Assembly: GCA_950097015.1 (NCBI GenBank)
Contig: CATNEN010000025.1
Span: 2,604,001 to 2,668,000, forward strand
DNA from: Macrostomum hystrix
Taxonomy: Eukaryota; Animalia; Platyhelminthes
Length of the DNA: 64,000 bases
Reading direction: 5' to 3'
Numbering within the stretch: position 1 is the stretch's first letter; each line of letters opens with the position of its first letter. Shown piece by piece: positions 13,001-24,778 of the stretch. The notes under the pieces were generated by a model. That model saw only the letters and a list, made by a program, of their open reading frames with translations. It made no database searches and was not told where the DNA came from. A program made the translations under genes and the position numbers.

Positions 13001-16000
13001 GAGGGTCAAAGCGGGATGAAGACACTGGGAAGGGAGGGTCAAAGCAGGATAAAGACACTGGGAAGGGAGGGTCAAAGCTGGATGAAGACACTGGGAAGGG
13101 AGGATCATAGCAGGATGAAGACACTGGGAAGGGAGGGTCAAAGCGGGATGAAGACACTGGGAAGGGAGGGTCAAAGCGGGATGAAGACACTGGGAAGGGA
13201 GGATCAAAGCAGGATGAAGACACTGGGAAGGGAGGGTCAAAGCTGGATGAAGACACTGGGAAGGGAGGGTCAAAGCTGGTCAGAGAGACTTTAAGTTGCT
13301 AATCGATCCTAAATTTGTGACAGTTTTTCTGTATAGTTTTATAGGAAGAATTTTGTTAAATCTCAGCGCAAAGTTTCGCTTGGCAACTGAGCTAGTGAAA
13401 TAACAGATTGCGTCACACTAAAATCTCAGATTGAGGCTGTATCCGCACCTGCCCACAGACTAATTACAGCTACACCAATTAATGTTGTTGTCGAGGTAAA
13501 TCGTAATTATTACTAATTGATTGTGCTGTTTCAAAATCGCAGATCAATTAGTGCGTCAGTAAGAAAAAAGCGAAAGAAGAAACAGACGAGTTTAAGAAAA
13601 AACAATTACACAAACAGTGACTTATTTTCTGCACAAAAAAATGAAATCTGACAAATTATGACTTGCAAAAAATAGCACGTGCGATAATTGAATAGAAGCT
13701 GGGTTTAAGCCACGTGGGTCAGTCCGGACCCCAACCCCTCTGTCCTCTCACCCACCTCCCTCCTTGCCTTACTCCAATTGGCCACAAGAGCCAATGAGCA
13801 CGCGACTCACTGACTCCAAAGAAATCCTGGGTGAGCACACGCATGGGCAGTTGTTTAGTTGGTCGCGTGCGTTTCGTATTGGATCGGTGAGAGCGGAGGA
13901 GGGGTGGGCTGCGCATGTGAAGTTTCTAGAGACTGTGGAATACATATAATCCAGACGCGTGCCTGCTCCGCAATAAAAAAGCTAACAAACATCTACAACA
14001 CATCCAGCTTAGCGAATAGTCAGTAGGAATTCAGAGAGAGAAAATGTTGCTATCAGTAGATCCCATTCAGCAGCAACAGCAGCAGCAGCCGCGTCCGGTT
14101 AGGCGACCATTCTCTCAGTTCTCCTCCTCCATGCGTTCTTGTCGGCGGCGTTTGTCGCGTCGGCGACAGCGCCAGCCGATGTCTTCGCCGCCGCCGACGC
14201 CGTCGTCGCCTTTGCCAGTTAACGCTTTCTACAGCCGGAAGCGCCTGTCCTCCAGCATTGGCTTGGCCGCCTCCGCCGGCCCGTCCGAAGCAGCTGGTGG
14301 CATTTCTGTGCCCCGGAGTTTCAACTTTTGCAACGCAACGCCGCCGCCTCCGCCACCGCCGCCGCTGAAACGGCATCGGGGCGGCTTCGACGGCTTTGTT
14401 GAAGAAGGCGGCGGCGGCGGCGGCGGTGGAAGCGGCCTGCTTCGCCGACTTCGCGACTCACTTCGTCGGCCATTCCTTGCTCGCAGTAGTAGGCCTAGGA
14501 AATACCGATTAAATGCCACGGCTACTGCTACTAGTAGCAGCAATCACATTCTCATTGGCAACAGTCGTGACGTTGTCGTTGAGAATGCTAGCAGCAGTGC
14601 CAGTCTGTGCCGGCGAGCTGGGCTTTGGCGTCTCCGCGGCGCCACGCCTTCGCCGTTATCCTCGCCGTCCGTCCTAACCCCGCTGCGCCGCCCTCCGCCA
14701 AAATCGCCGCTAACATTCGCATCCGCCTCATCCACAGCCTGTCATCGAATGATTGCGGCCGCCTCGCGCTACCCGGCTCAGGCGGCATCTTCGGCTAGCG
14801 CCACCGGCAGGCCGTCTCCCAGTCATCAGTATCAGCAGCAGCAGCAGCGGGCTCCGCTAGGCGCCTACAATTTACCTGCCACCGGTCACGTGATCGGCAG
14901 TCGCGATGTGAGTTAAAATAATATTTCGTTGTTTTTTCAATAATTTTTACACGTTCTAAAATAAATATACAAAACCTGTCTCTAGGCCCGCTGAGTTTCT
15001 TATTTCAGAAACTAAAACTTAATTACAGAAATTCTTTTAAATATTTGACACTGTCGGGAAGATAACTATATCTGTAGGGATATTGGATCATCTTCTGGTG
15101 GCCATTGTTGCCTGCGATATTTTATTACAAAAGAAAATAACGTGGTTCGGATATAAAAAAGCTAGACAGGAAAGTTTCTCAAAAATTCTTCCTCTAGCTA
15201 TTTCATTTTATTCCACTCCGTTGTCCCGTATTCGATTTCGGGGCGGGGGGGGAACCATTGTTGTGTGCGGGCGGCTGCGGGTAACCAGGCCCCCCAAATT
15301 GTATTTATCAATTTTTTTCTCTCTCTCTGTGTGTGTGTGTTTAGTAGATGTCGCGGGCCGCGGCCCTCTAGAGAGAGGGCTGCTGGTCTCTGGGCCCTCG
15401 GCTCCCATCTGCCCATGGGCGCCACTGTCCCCCCCCAGGGGCCAGTCAGAACAATTGTTGGGATTTATTTATTGCTTCAGAGGGTGGTTAGGAAGATTGT
15501 GAACCCCATTGTTAAAAATTGAAGGATTTCTGGTCCTTGCTATCTTGCCCAATTGTGTTAGTTCTCTCATATCACCTGGCTGTGTTGTGTGTGTGCTGGA
15601 GTGAGTTGTTTGTTGCCCTCTTATATCCAACTCGCATGCCATGAAGTTTGATAGTGTCTCGTGCCTGGCTTCATCCCACCTCATGCTAGGAATGGACCGA
15701 ATTTTAATTAGTTTATTACTTGTCTGCCCTAGGAGCTGCTAGTCTTTGTTTGAAAACTAATGCTAGGTCTAGGGCAGTAGTAAAGGCTGTTTTAGATTTT
15801 CAGTTCGTTCTAACAAATTTTTATTATGCGCTCAATCTGCACTCGGATAGCTCAACATGCTAACCCTGGGCATCAATAGCATCTTGCTCTACATTATAGT
15901 TCTTTTTTATAACGCCTACTTATAGTAGGATATGAAGTAAGATGTATGTTTATTTATTTAATATTCCAGCAACAACAGGGGCCAATCTCTAGTGTTGCGC

Positions 16001-18543
16001 AGTACTATGAACCCGTGGCCCACAGCCTGCCAGTCCAGTACCAGCAGCAGCCATTGTCACCGCAGCAGCAGCAGCAGCAGCAGCAGCTGCCTCAGTCAGT
16101 TTGCTTCAAGTCGGCTGGCAAGAAGACGTCAGACAGTGTTCTCTGGGTGAGTTGGTTTATTTTACCTACAAGATCAGAACAGATTTTTAAACTGAGCATT
16201 GGTTTCTAATCTTTACTTTCTTGCCCATTGTTTGCCACACAGGAGAGACAAGCAGGTCACAATGCCTCCATGGCAATGACTGCCGCTCCCGCAATGGTTG
16301 CCAACTGTCAGCAGCCCGCGCCGTTGGCTGCTCGCAGCTCCCGAGATCGGGCCAGCTATGCCCAGGGCGTTGCGTTTGTCGGATCGGTTGCCGCGGTAAG
16401 TTATCAGTGTTTACAAGGCAGCCGATATGTAGCGAAAAACCTATTGTGTCTTCTTAACTTATCTAATGTGTAATAAATAATTTATTAATCTTGCAGCAAG
16501 ATCAGCAGCTGCAGCAGCAGCAGTCTGGTAGCAACGCCACACCAACTCAGGGTCGCAAAAGTCGACGCCGTTCTAACTTGTTCAGCCGCAAAGACGAGGC
16601 ACAGCAGCAGCAGCAGCAGCTGCAGTCCGCATCCTCCGCTAGCACCCCTGCCGCTGTGCCAACTTCAACTGTTGGCTCCGGCCGAGCCATCCCAGTGAAG
16701 CAGGGCCACCTCAACAAGCGGAGCTCGGGTGGCGCGCTCAGCCGCTCAGACTGGAAGAAGAAATACGCGGCCCTATCAGAGGACGGCCAGCTCACCTACT
16801 ATGCCAGCCTGCACGACTACATGGCCAATTGCCACGGCAAGTCCATCGATCTCAGCCGGACCACCGTGAAGGTGCCCGGCCAGACTAGGCCGACATCCAA
16901 CGGGCTGCTGTTGAAGACTCAGCATTCTCAGCAGCAGCAGCAGCAGCCTTCGACTGCAGCGTCAGCATCGTCCCAGTCCCAGCCGCATCGACGGGCAAAG
17001 TCTAGCGGCCGATCTGGCTGCGGTGGCGGCGGCGGCGGCTCTTTTGACATCGCCGCCAGGACGCCGGATGACGACGTCGGGTCTGCAACAGCTGGCACCC
17101 CGGCGCCCGGCTGCGGCTTTGAGTTCACCATCCTATCGTTGGACAGCAGGACCTGGCAGTTTGAGGCGGCCAGCTTGGATGAACGCGACGACTGGGTCCG
17201 CGCCATCGAGCAGGGCATCCGCGCCGGCCTCCAGCTGCTTGGTCGCGACGGTCAGCCGATGACTAAAAATGGTGCCTCGGCGGCGTCGAAAGCTTCGCCA
17301 TCGTCGACCTCATCCGGATCGATTGCGACGTCAGCTATGCGGCTTCTGCGCGACATCCTGGGCAATGACCAGTGCGCCGACTGCGGCCGGTCCGACCCGG
17401 ACTGGGCCAGCATCAACCTGGGCGTACTGCTGTGCATCGAGTGCAGCGGCGCCCACCGTCAGCTGGGCACCCACCTCAGCCGGGTGCGCTCGCTGGCCCT
17501 AGACGACTGGCCGGCCAATCACGTGCTGGTGATGCGGGCGATTGGCAACCGGCTGGCCAATTCCGTCTGGGAGGCTCGCCTTGACGCCGGCGCCTACACT
17601 AAGCCCAGCCCGGACTCAGCCAGAGAGCACAAAGAACAGTTTGTGCGGGCCAAATACGAGAGGAAAGACTTTCTGCCCGAGCTGCCCTATCCGGATAGTC
17701 CGGTTCAGCAGCAGCTGGTGGATGCCATTGCCCGGTCTGACACTAGACAGGTGAGTGGCCTTGTTCTGTAACTATTTCAGTATTTTTATCGTTTGCATAA
17801 AATGGCCCGTTGAGAGTAGAATAGAGCAAGAAAATGTAAAAAAATCAATTTTAAAGATGGCAAATTCAATTTCAAAGATGGCACCTTCAATTCCAAAGAT
17901 GGCACCTTCAATTTCAAAGATGGCACCTTCAATTCCAAAGATGGCACCTTCAATTCCAAAGATGGCACCTTCAATTTCAAAGATGGCACCTTCAATTCCA
18001 AAGATGGCACCTTCAATTCCAAAGATGACACCCTTAATTTCAAAGATGTCACTTTTAAACTACTTTGGCTTTCAATGTTAGCAGATAAAATTTAAACAAT
18101 GGCATCTAAAGTCGTAGAGATGGCACTCTGGGTTCCGAAGATTGCGTTAAAAACTATACTGAACACGATTTGCTTCTCACCCGCAGGTGATCCTCTGCCT
18201 GGCCGTTGCCGGCTCAGCAGTCAACCGGCCGTACTCGCAGCAGGATCCCAGAGCCGCTGTGCACATTGCTGCCACCCTGGGCCAGCTGGCCTACCTGCAG
18301 CTGCTGCTCTGGTACGGCGCTGATCCGTGCGTTCGCGACGCCGAAGGTCGCACCGGCCATTTCTACGCGGCTGCGGCTGGCAAACCGGAGTGCGCCGAAT
18401 TCCTACTGCTGGCCGGCTGCCCGCCCACGGCCCTGCCGGCAGCGCCTGCCGCCACTATGTCGTCGAATTCGTCGTCTTCTAGGCGAAGATCGTCCAGAAC
18501 GGCTAGTCCAACTTCGCCGACAACACTAGAGATTGGATTGTAA
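980..18543 (+). CDS. AGAP1: AGAP/centaurin-gamma Arf-GAP (GTPase-like domain, split PH, ArfGAP, ankyrin), 5'-partial; join(980..1210,2073..2207,14738..14907,15970..16146,16243..16395,16497..17750,18187..18543)
   Basis: Translation gives [28 protein letters not shown] and [22 protein letters not shown] (GTPase-like domain), [10 protein letters not shown], the PH motif [22 protein letters not shown], the ArfGAP zinc finger CADC-x16-CIEC-x4-R, and ankyrin [23 protein letters not shown]. All introns are GT-AG with consistent phases (1,1,0,0,0,0). The first exon(s) lie upstream of the window. The symbol is family-level (AGAP1-3/CenG1A). Confidence 0.95.
1294..1590 (-). mobile_element. tRNA-derived SINE family 1 copy (head missing)
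   Basis: The body matches the other copies (gtgtacatctgccctgactttctcatc, gtgccttggaggttggcc, gccttctctccgctgctgcgccccaaat); the (TTA)n tail is at 1294-1311. Confidence 0.75.
3287..4737. repeat. Two inverted arrays of a 17-bp-based satellite (ccagatcctctaacatc / gatgttagaggatctgg)
   Basis: C-rich arm 3287-3693, spacer of about 110 bp, G-rich arm 3803-4737; the units are reverse complements. Confidence 0.92.
5480..6170. repeat. Minisatellite, 16 bp (actcacttagatccca)
   Basis: Visible tandem units. Confidence 0.9.
6755..7165. repeat. Degenerate minisatellite, about 18 bp (gaaatcccaatacgcc-like)
   Basis: Visible tandem units; produces the spurious WDF-repeat ORFs. Confidence 0.85.
8112..8555. 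repeat. Minisatellite, 16 bp (gagacagtRgagagat)
   Basis: Visible tandem units. Confidence 0.92.
9986..10018. repeat. (TG)n microsatellite
   Basis: Uninterrupted TG run. Confidence 0.95.
10293..10913. repeat. Perfect 17-bp minisatellite (cagtttacctgaatctt), about 36 copies
   Basis: No variant units seen. Confidence 0.97.
11938..13279. repeat. 33-bp minisatellite (gggatgaagacactgggaagggagggtcaaagc), about 40 copies
   Basis: Visible tandem units; the 33-bp period explains the long 11-aa-repeat ORFs on both strands. Confidence 0.96.
13711..13882 (+). promoter_or_regulatory. Putative internal promoter of the AGAP short isoform
   Basis: CACGTG at 13711, CCAAT at 13774 and 13791 and ATTGG at 13878 cluster 160-330 bp upstream of ATG 14044. 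Confidence 0.4.
14044..14907 (+). CDS. Putative alternative first exon of the AGAP gene (GTPase-less isoform, about 934 aa)
   Basis: An ATG-initiated GC-rich ORF of 288 codons is in frame with the internal acceptor at 14737/14738 and ends at a GTGAGT donor at 14908 in phase 0, matching the next exon at 15970. Confidence 0.7.
17852..18052. repeat. 21-bp minisatellite (aagatggcaccttcaattYca) in the last AGAP intron
   Basis: About 9 visible units. Confidence 0.92.
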
Positions 18544-18699
18544 AAGCGAGACTGGAAGCAGAAGTATTGACGAGCAGATTTTATTTGCACTAATCGAGTT
18601 TCTAGTGTTTCCCTTACTTGTTAAAATCCCAACTAGATGAAATCCCAACTCAATTCAAACCCATATTCTTTAAAAGCTCCATGCTCTATAAAAGTCGGT

Positions 18700-18965
18700 A
18701 CTACTTCAAATCCCTACTCACTTGAAATCCCTACTCACTTGAAATCCCTACTCACTTGAAATCCCTACTCACTTGAAATCCGAACTCACTTGAAATCCCT
18801 ACTCACTTGAAATCCCTACTCACTTGAAATTCCTACTCCTTAAAATCCGTACTTATTTAAAATCCCTATTCGTTTAAAATCTCTACTCATTTAAAATCCG
18901 TACTCACTTAAAATCCCTATTCACTTAAAATCCTTACTCCCTTAAAATCCCAACTTCTTTAAAAT
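18700..18965. repeat. 17-bp minisatellite (aaatccctactcacttg)
   Basis: Visible units degenerating 3'-ward, downstream of the AGAP stop codon. Confidence 0.85.
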
Positions 18966-20130
18966 TCCTAATTGATGAAAATCACTTCTCATGAAATCGC
19001 GATCCAGTAGGAAGTAAATCTCAAACATTACCAAGATATTACCCACTGTAGAAATCTATCTTTTTGGATTATTCTCTAAAGAAAAGAAGCGAAGCGCCTC
19101 TATTGTTGCTCTGTTGCGTGTTCAACTCATTGCTAATTCTCGCTGTAGTTTTTTGTAGTATTTAACTAAAGTGTTACAAACCCAAAGCATTATTTTAAGT
19201 ATACCAAAAGAAGAAAAGGAAAAAATGTACTATTCCTAAAATTCCAAAATACTCATTAACTTGCTGTACCTGGCTATACTCTGGGTAATAAACTCTGCTT
19301 AACTATTTTGATTTACAACTTGTTATTATCCACATCCCAATCTCTTTATTCCATTACATTCTACTTGAAAACTTTTTTCTGTCTCCGCGCGCTTTTCAGC
19401 AATATGTACATATATACAACTATTATACTTTATTATACTAATATTAATTATTTTTGTCACGGTTTTTATTAGTCAAACCACAGCTGCAGTTTATTTTCTT
19501 AATTTGCTACTAATAGTAATATTTTTATTTTCTATCTTTAATATGACCGCTTGCAATTCTTTTTAGAGCTTATACATACATTGTGGTATATATTGTGGTA
19601 GTAATAAAGCTTTTATTTTTTACTTTTTTGCACCCTATAGGTCATATTTTTCCCATAAACAAAACTGTTTCCAAGTCTTATTGCAACGTATAAGCGTGAT
19701 GGATATATGTTCAATGTTTACTAATTTATTTACTATTTTTTCCGCTATCGCCATTTGGGGTTGCTTGCTTAGATGTGCGTGTCACGTGTATGTACAATGA
19801 ATAATGCAAATATACATATATAGAGCTGCGTTTTCATTCGAGTTTCATTTAAAAGGTTAAATAAAAAATAACACTAAGATCATTTACTCACGCTTTGCCA
19901 GCAATGAAAGACTAAATAATAGGCTAATGCTTCACATTACATAGAATTCATTTCTCGCATAAAGCAGCTCGCTTCAACATCAACTGAAAATACCAGCCAG
20001 ATTTATCAATCGAACTATCTTCAATTCCGAACTAGCTAGCTCGTACAACAGCCAAACAGAAAAATCAACATTTGTTAAGCTATAACAACGCCAACAGCTG
20101 CCCTCAACAAAATCGCCAAAACTTCAACAA

Positions 20131-20944
20131 AACTGCTATGAGAGCGACAGAACTGCTATGAGAGCGACAAAACTGCTATGAGAGCGACAACTGCTATGAG
20201 AGCGACAAAACTGCTATGAGAGCGACAAAACTGCTATGAGAGCGACAGAACTGCTATGAGAGCGACAAAACTGCTATGAGAGCGACAGAACTGCTATGAG
20301 AGCGACAGAACTGCTATGAGAGCGACAAAACTGCTATGAGAGCGACAAAACTGCTATGAGAGCGACAGAACTGCTATGAGAGCGACAAAACTGCTATGAG
20401 AGCGACAAAACTGCTATGAGAGCGACAGAACTGCTATGAGAGCGACAAAACTGCTATGATAGCGACAAAACTGCTATGATAGCGACAAAACTGCTATGAG
20501 AGCGACAAAACTGCTATGAGAGCGACAGAACTGCTATGAGAGCGACAGAACTGCTATGAGAGCGACAAAACTGCTATGAGAGCGACAGAACTGCTATGAG
20601 AGCGACAAAACTGCTATGAGAGCGACAAAACTGCTAACAGAACAACAAAACTGCTATGAGAGCGACAGAACTGCTATGAGAGCGACAGAACTGCTATGAG
20701 AGCGACAAAACTGCTAACAGAACAACAAAACTGCTATGAGAGCGACAAAACTGCTAATAGAACAACAAAACTGCTATGAGAGCGACAAAACTGCTATGAG
20801 AGCGACAGAACTGCTATGAGAGCGACAAAACTGCTATGAGAGCGACAAAACTGCTAACAGAACAACAAAACTGCTATGAGAGCGACAGAACTGCTATGAG
20901 AGCGACAAAACTGCTATCAGAGCAACAAAACTGCTATGAGAGCA
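20131..20944. repeat. 20-bp minisatellite (ctgctatgagagcgacaRaa), about 40 copies
   Basis: Visible tandem units abutting the 5' end of the LINE. Confidence 0.95.
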
Positions 20945-23078
20945 AGGCACTGGTTTCGCTCTCTCGCTTTTCCTCGACATTGACGGCGCCTTCGACAATG
21001 TGCTTTTCGAAGCCTTTAGGCGAGCCCTGGAGCACCGGGCTACGCACGAGCACCTCACCCGCTGGATTGTGTATATGATCTCTTACCGAACTGCCACCTC
21101 GCACCTGCTTGGCCACTCCCGCTCTGTGAAAGTCCAGAAGGGAGGCCCGCAGGGTGGCGTTCTTAGTCCGATCCTCTGGAACCTTGTCATGGACGAGCTG
21201 CTCTGCAGCCCTGACCCGGACCCGGTCCAGATCCAGAAAATCGGCTATGCTGAAGATGTCAGCGCCACAGTGGCTGGACCGTCTACCCCGATCCTTAGAA
21301 ACCTTCTGCAAGCTTTTAAACCGTGCCGAACGCTGGGCTCATAGCTGCGGCTTCAAACTCTCTGAGTCGAAGACCTTTGCCATCATGTTCACCAGCAAGC
21401 GAGACTGGAGGATTGAACCTCTTGTTCTCTATGACAAACCATTCGCCATGGAGAAGCAAACAAGATGCTTAGGTGTCATACCCGACCACAGGCTGAGCTG
21501 GACACCTCACGTCAAACTCAAAAATCGCAAAGCTCTCGCGACGCTTGCGCAGATCCGCAGAGCCTTCGGTGCTCCAGGGCACTACCCGGGGCCTCACCCC
21601 CCGCCGTCTCTGATGGATTTACACTACCATTGTTATACCGGCCATCTCTTTTGCCGGCTTCATTTGGAACAGTGCCCTGGAGACCAAAGGGGATTGGAGG
21701 CCCTAAGCAAGGTTCAGGGCCGTGCTTGTCGAGCCATCATGAGTGCGGCACCCTCCACTCCCTTCGCTGGCATGAATGACTTCCTGGACCTTCCCCCTTT
21801 AGATCTTTTTATCAAAGGGGAAGCGATGAAGACGGCTCGTCGTCTTCTGGACGCGGGCGTCTCCATCCAGAAGCTACTTGCCTTCAGCAAGCGGAACCTC
21901 CGGCCCCACGGCGACCTCAGCCTACGGGACCTGGACGCAGCAGGAGGCCTCAAAATTCTCTCAGATGGAATACCGTCGACGCTTCCTCGCCAGGAAGTGC
22001 GTGACCAAGGCCAATCCCGTGAAATACACTGCTTCACCGACGGTTCGCAAATAAACTCGGTCTCTGGTTTCGGCTACTGCATTATGTCAGGAGGGAAAAC
22101 TGTGGCGACCTCCCAGCACACCGGCATAAACTCTTCCGTTTTCCAGAACGAAGTTCTCGCCATCAGCTCCTGCGCCCTGGAACTGATCAATCAAAATATC
22201 CACGGTGCAGAAATCGTCCTCCACTCGTACAGCCAGGCGGCGATCCATGCCCTTGGACACACGCACACCTGCTCGCGCACAGTCCTCGACTGCGTCGCGC
22301 AACTCAACCACTTAGGGACCCACAACAAGGTGTCCCTAAGGTGGATTCCAGGGCACTCTGGCCACCCCGGTAACGAATTGGCCGACAGCCTCGCCTAGGC
22401 CGGTTCGACGGGTTCGCTTTTTGGCCCCGTGCCTGCGGTCTCCACCCGTACCGCCGTCGTCAACACTCGGATTAGCCAGTGGGTGGCCTCAAAGCACAAG
22501 GACAGGTGGATCAACACCGCCGATTGTCGGCAGTCTCGCGCTGCTGTTCCTTGTCCCTCCACTACCCTCCGCAAAGCCTTGCTTGGACTTAACCGCAGGG
22601 ACATCAGGGCAGTCACCATGCATGGCCCTCTCTGGCCACGGCTGTTTCGCTAGGCACCGCTTCCTGCAAGGCAAAATCCGCAGTGAGGAGTGTCCTTTCT
22701 GCCTCTCCTACGTTGAGGATGCAGAGCATTATATTTGCGACTGCCCCGCCTTCACTCAGGACAGGCTCACCTATCTCGGCCCAAACCCGGATCTCTCCGA
22801 CGTTTTCAGGCCTGAGAACATCTGCCAGCTCGTCCGTTACCTGAGGACCACCGGGCGAGCGACTCTCCACCTCCTAGAATCTCCGGAGGAGGACCGCGCT
22901 GTGGACGCCGGCCTCACCGGATCCCCCTGCGCGACACCGCAGCTCTAGTTGCCCGTGGTCGCCAGGGGCTAGCGGAATGGGCGGCAACGCCTCCCCGCTG
23001 CATCCGAAGGATGCCCCCTGCAGCTAAGTCAAGTAAGTCTAGTAAGTCTAGTAAGTCTAGTAAGTCTAGTAAGTCAAG
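20940..23078 (+). mobile_element. 5'-truncated, inactivated non-LTR retrotransposon (RT, RNase H, C-terminal CCHC-like finger; LOA/I/R1-like)
   Basis: RT motifs FLDIDGAFDNV, PQGGVLSPILW and YAED (degenerate YADD). RNase H motifs FTDGS, QNEVLAI and WIPGHSGHPGNELAD. CPFC..EH..C finger. Frameshifts plus an in-frame TAG at 22396. The 3' tail is (TAAGTCWAG)x6 at 23025-23078. Confidence 0.93.
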
Positions 23079-23389
23079 CTATCAGAGCAACAAAACCGCC
23101 GAAAACGACAACTGAAACGAGACCACCAACAACAATGCAACCATGAACAGAAAAAAACGACGACAAAACTGCACAATAAAAAACAGGTCAAAAACAACAA
23201 CTTAAATAACAACAACAAAAACTATATTTGCAGTGTTTGTAATGGCAACAAAAACTTCCTGCCATAAAAACAACATTATTTACAAAAAATGTAAAGAAAG
23301 AAAAATAAAGTTTAAAAAAAGCAAGGAGCCGAACAATAGCCGAACATCAACATCAACACAAACAGGATGTGACAACAACACAACACGAT

Positions 23390-23620
23390 GTACTTCTGGT
23401 ACAGCCTGTCTCGCAGCCGCAGCTATTGCTCGGCGCTCCCGACATACTGTGTACAGCTGTTCACTCCGTGGCTGGGGAGGCCGCGACACCCACCCAAAGT
23501 CCTACACTAGCTGACGCTGGTACTGATACGAGTACTTTTCGGCTGAGAATCGAACTGCTGACCTCTCAGTCACAATTCCGATTGTTAGAGCCGGCTCTCA
23601 CATCATATCACTGCGGCCCG
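23390..23620 (-). mobile_element. Second SINE-like family copy with tRNA-like head
   Basis: The minus strand carries a B box GCAGTTCGATTCTC. The body at 23400-23525 is similar to the reverse complement of 34620-34750 and is followed on the minus strand by TTG-rich simple sequence. Confidence 0.5.
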
Positions 23621-24148
23621 CCAGTTGAAGCCGCAGTCAGCGCAGCAGCTGCGCCCTCCCTCGTACAGGGGACTCAAGTCTCGGACCGGGCCGGACATTG
23701 TGGTCAGTAGCCCGAAGCAGCCGTCAAATTGTCTATATACTTAACTGTATACTACTAGTAGGAGATTTGCAAAAAATATCTCAAGTTTCTCTTGTTTGAG
23801 GTTGATAAAATAATAAAAAACTGACTAAAGCGTTTATAAATTAGAAATTCAAATTTGATGGATCAACCGCAAGCTAAACAGATTAAGAGCAGCAAGTAAG
23901 CCAAAATAGTGTAGCAAAGTAGCAAAATAAGTAAATGGCATGCTTCATAAAAAATTTGGCTTATCGAGAATATTGAGAATGTGAATTTGAAATTTGAAAG
24001 ATTTTTAGTACATTTACATCGATATTGAACTAATGCCAGTAGGTCTATCGTTGTCATTGCTGACATCAGCTGCAATCAACAGGACTGACTAGCTCTTCCT
24101 GACCCCCTACTGTCATCAGAGCGTCCAGTCCAGACTCCAACCCAGAGT

Positions 24149-24470
24149 TGTCACGAACCACGAACGTGGGAAGAAGGAAGGCTTTAATTTAGAATTCTAA
24201 ATAGGAAACGAAACGAACGAGTGAAAAGGAATGCCAGATGGAAGGGGCGGCGGAGGAAACAAGAGGAATTGCTGTGAATAAAGAGCGCCAAGAGAGAGGC
24301 CTCCGGCCCTACGCATTAGTCATCCGGTCGTTCTTTAAAGCTCTGGCCCCAAAGAGCCATTTTGTGGGCATATTACGTATGTGCGCCGGGTGAACAGACA
24401 GAATGGAAAGGCAGGCGCAGGCCACCCTCGCTTATCGATCGGCCACCCACCCCACGCCCTGGTCCGTACA
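24149..24470 (-). mobile_element. Possible solo LTR
   Basis: The minus strand starts TGTACGG and ends GTGACA (imperfect terminal inverted repeat), with ATTAAA about 35 nt from the end. No target-site duplication was found. Confidence 0.3.
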
Positions 24471-24778
24471 CCCTGCGAAAGTCTGCGAGAAACCCCCATT
24501 AAAGCATCGAGTGGGGGCATTTAGCCGATGATTTTATATTCAGTAAGAGGCTTGCGCGCGACTCAAGCTAGCAAGCACTTTGTGAGTTTGTGGCGGCTCA
24601 GTTTTGCTTTGTATAACATATTACTTATACATTATATAAAATATTGTCATTTCTATTGTTAATATTACTATAAGAACATTCTTTCCCTCAAGTGCATGCA
24701 GCTGTCGGTTAGGCTCGAAATTTTATTGTTCTACCATATTAAAGAGGATTAAAATTACAGGAGAATTTCTGTCGAAGC

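Noticed and set aside
11849-13294. Long repetitive ORFs (474, 461 and 444 aa) and similar ORFs over other arrays (6714, 8080, 30325, 39617, 41810, 45067, 48222, 59392)
   Set aside because: They are by-products of stop-free tandem units, open in several frames and on both strands, and lie in introns or intergenic DNA.
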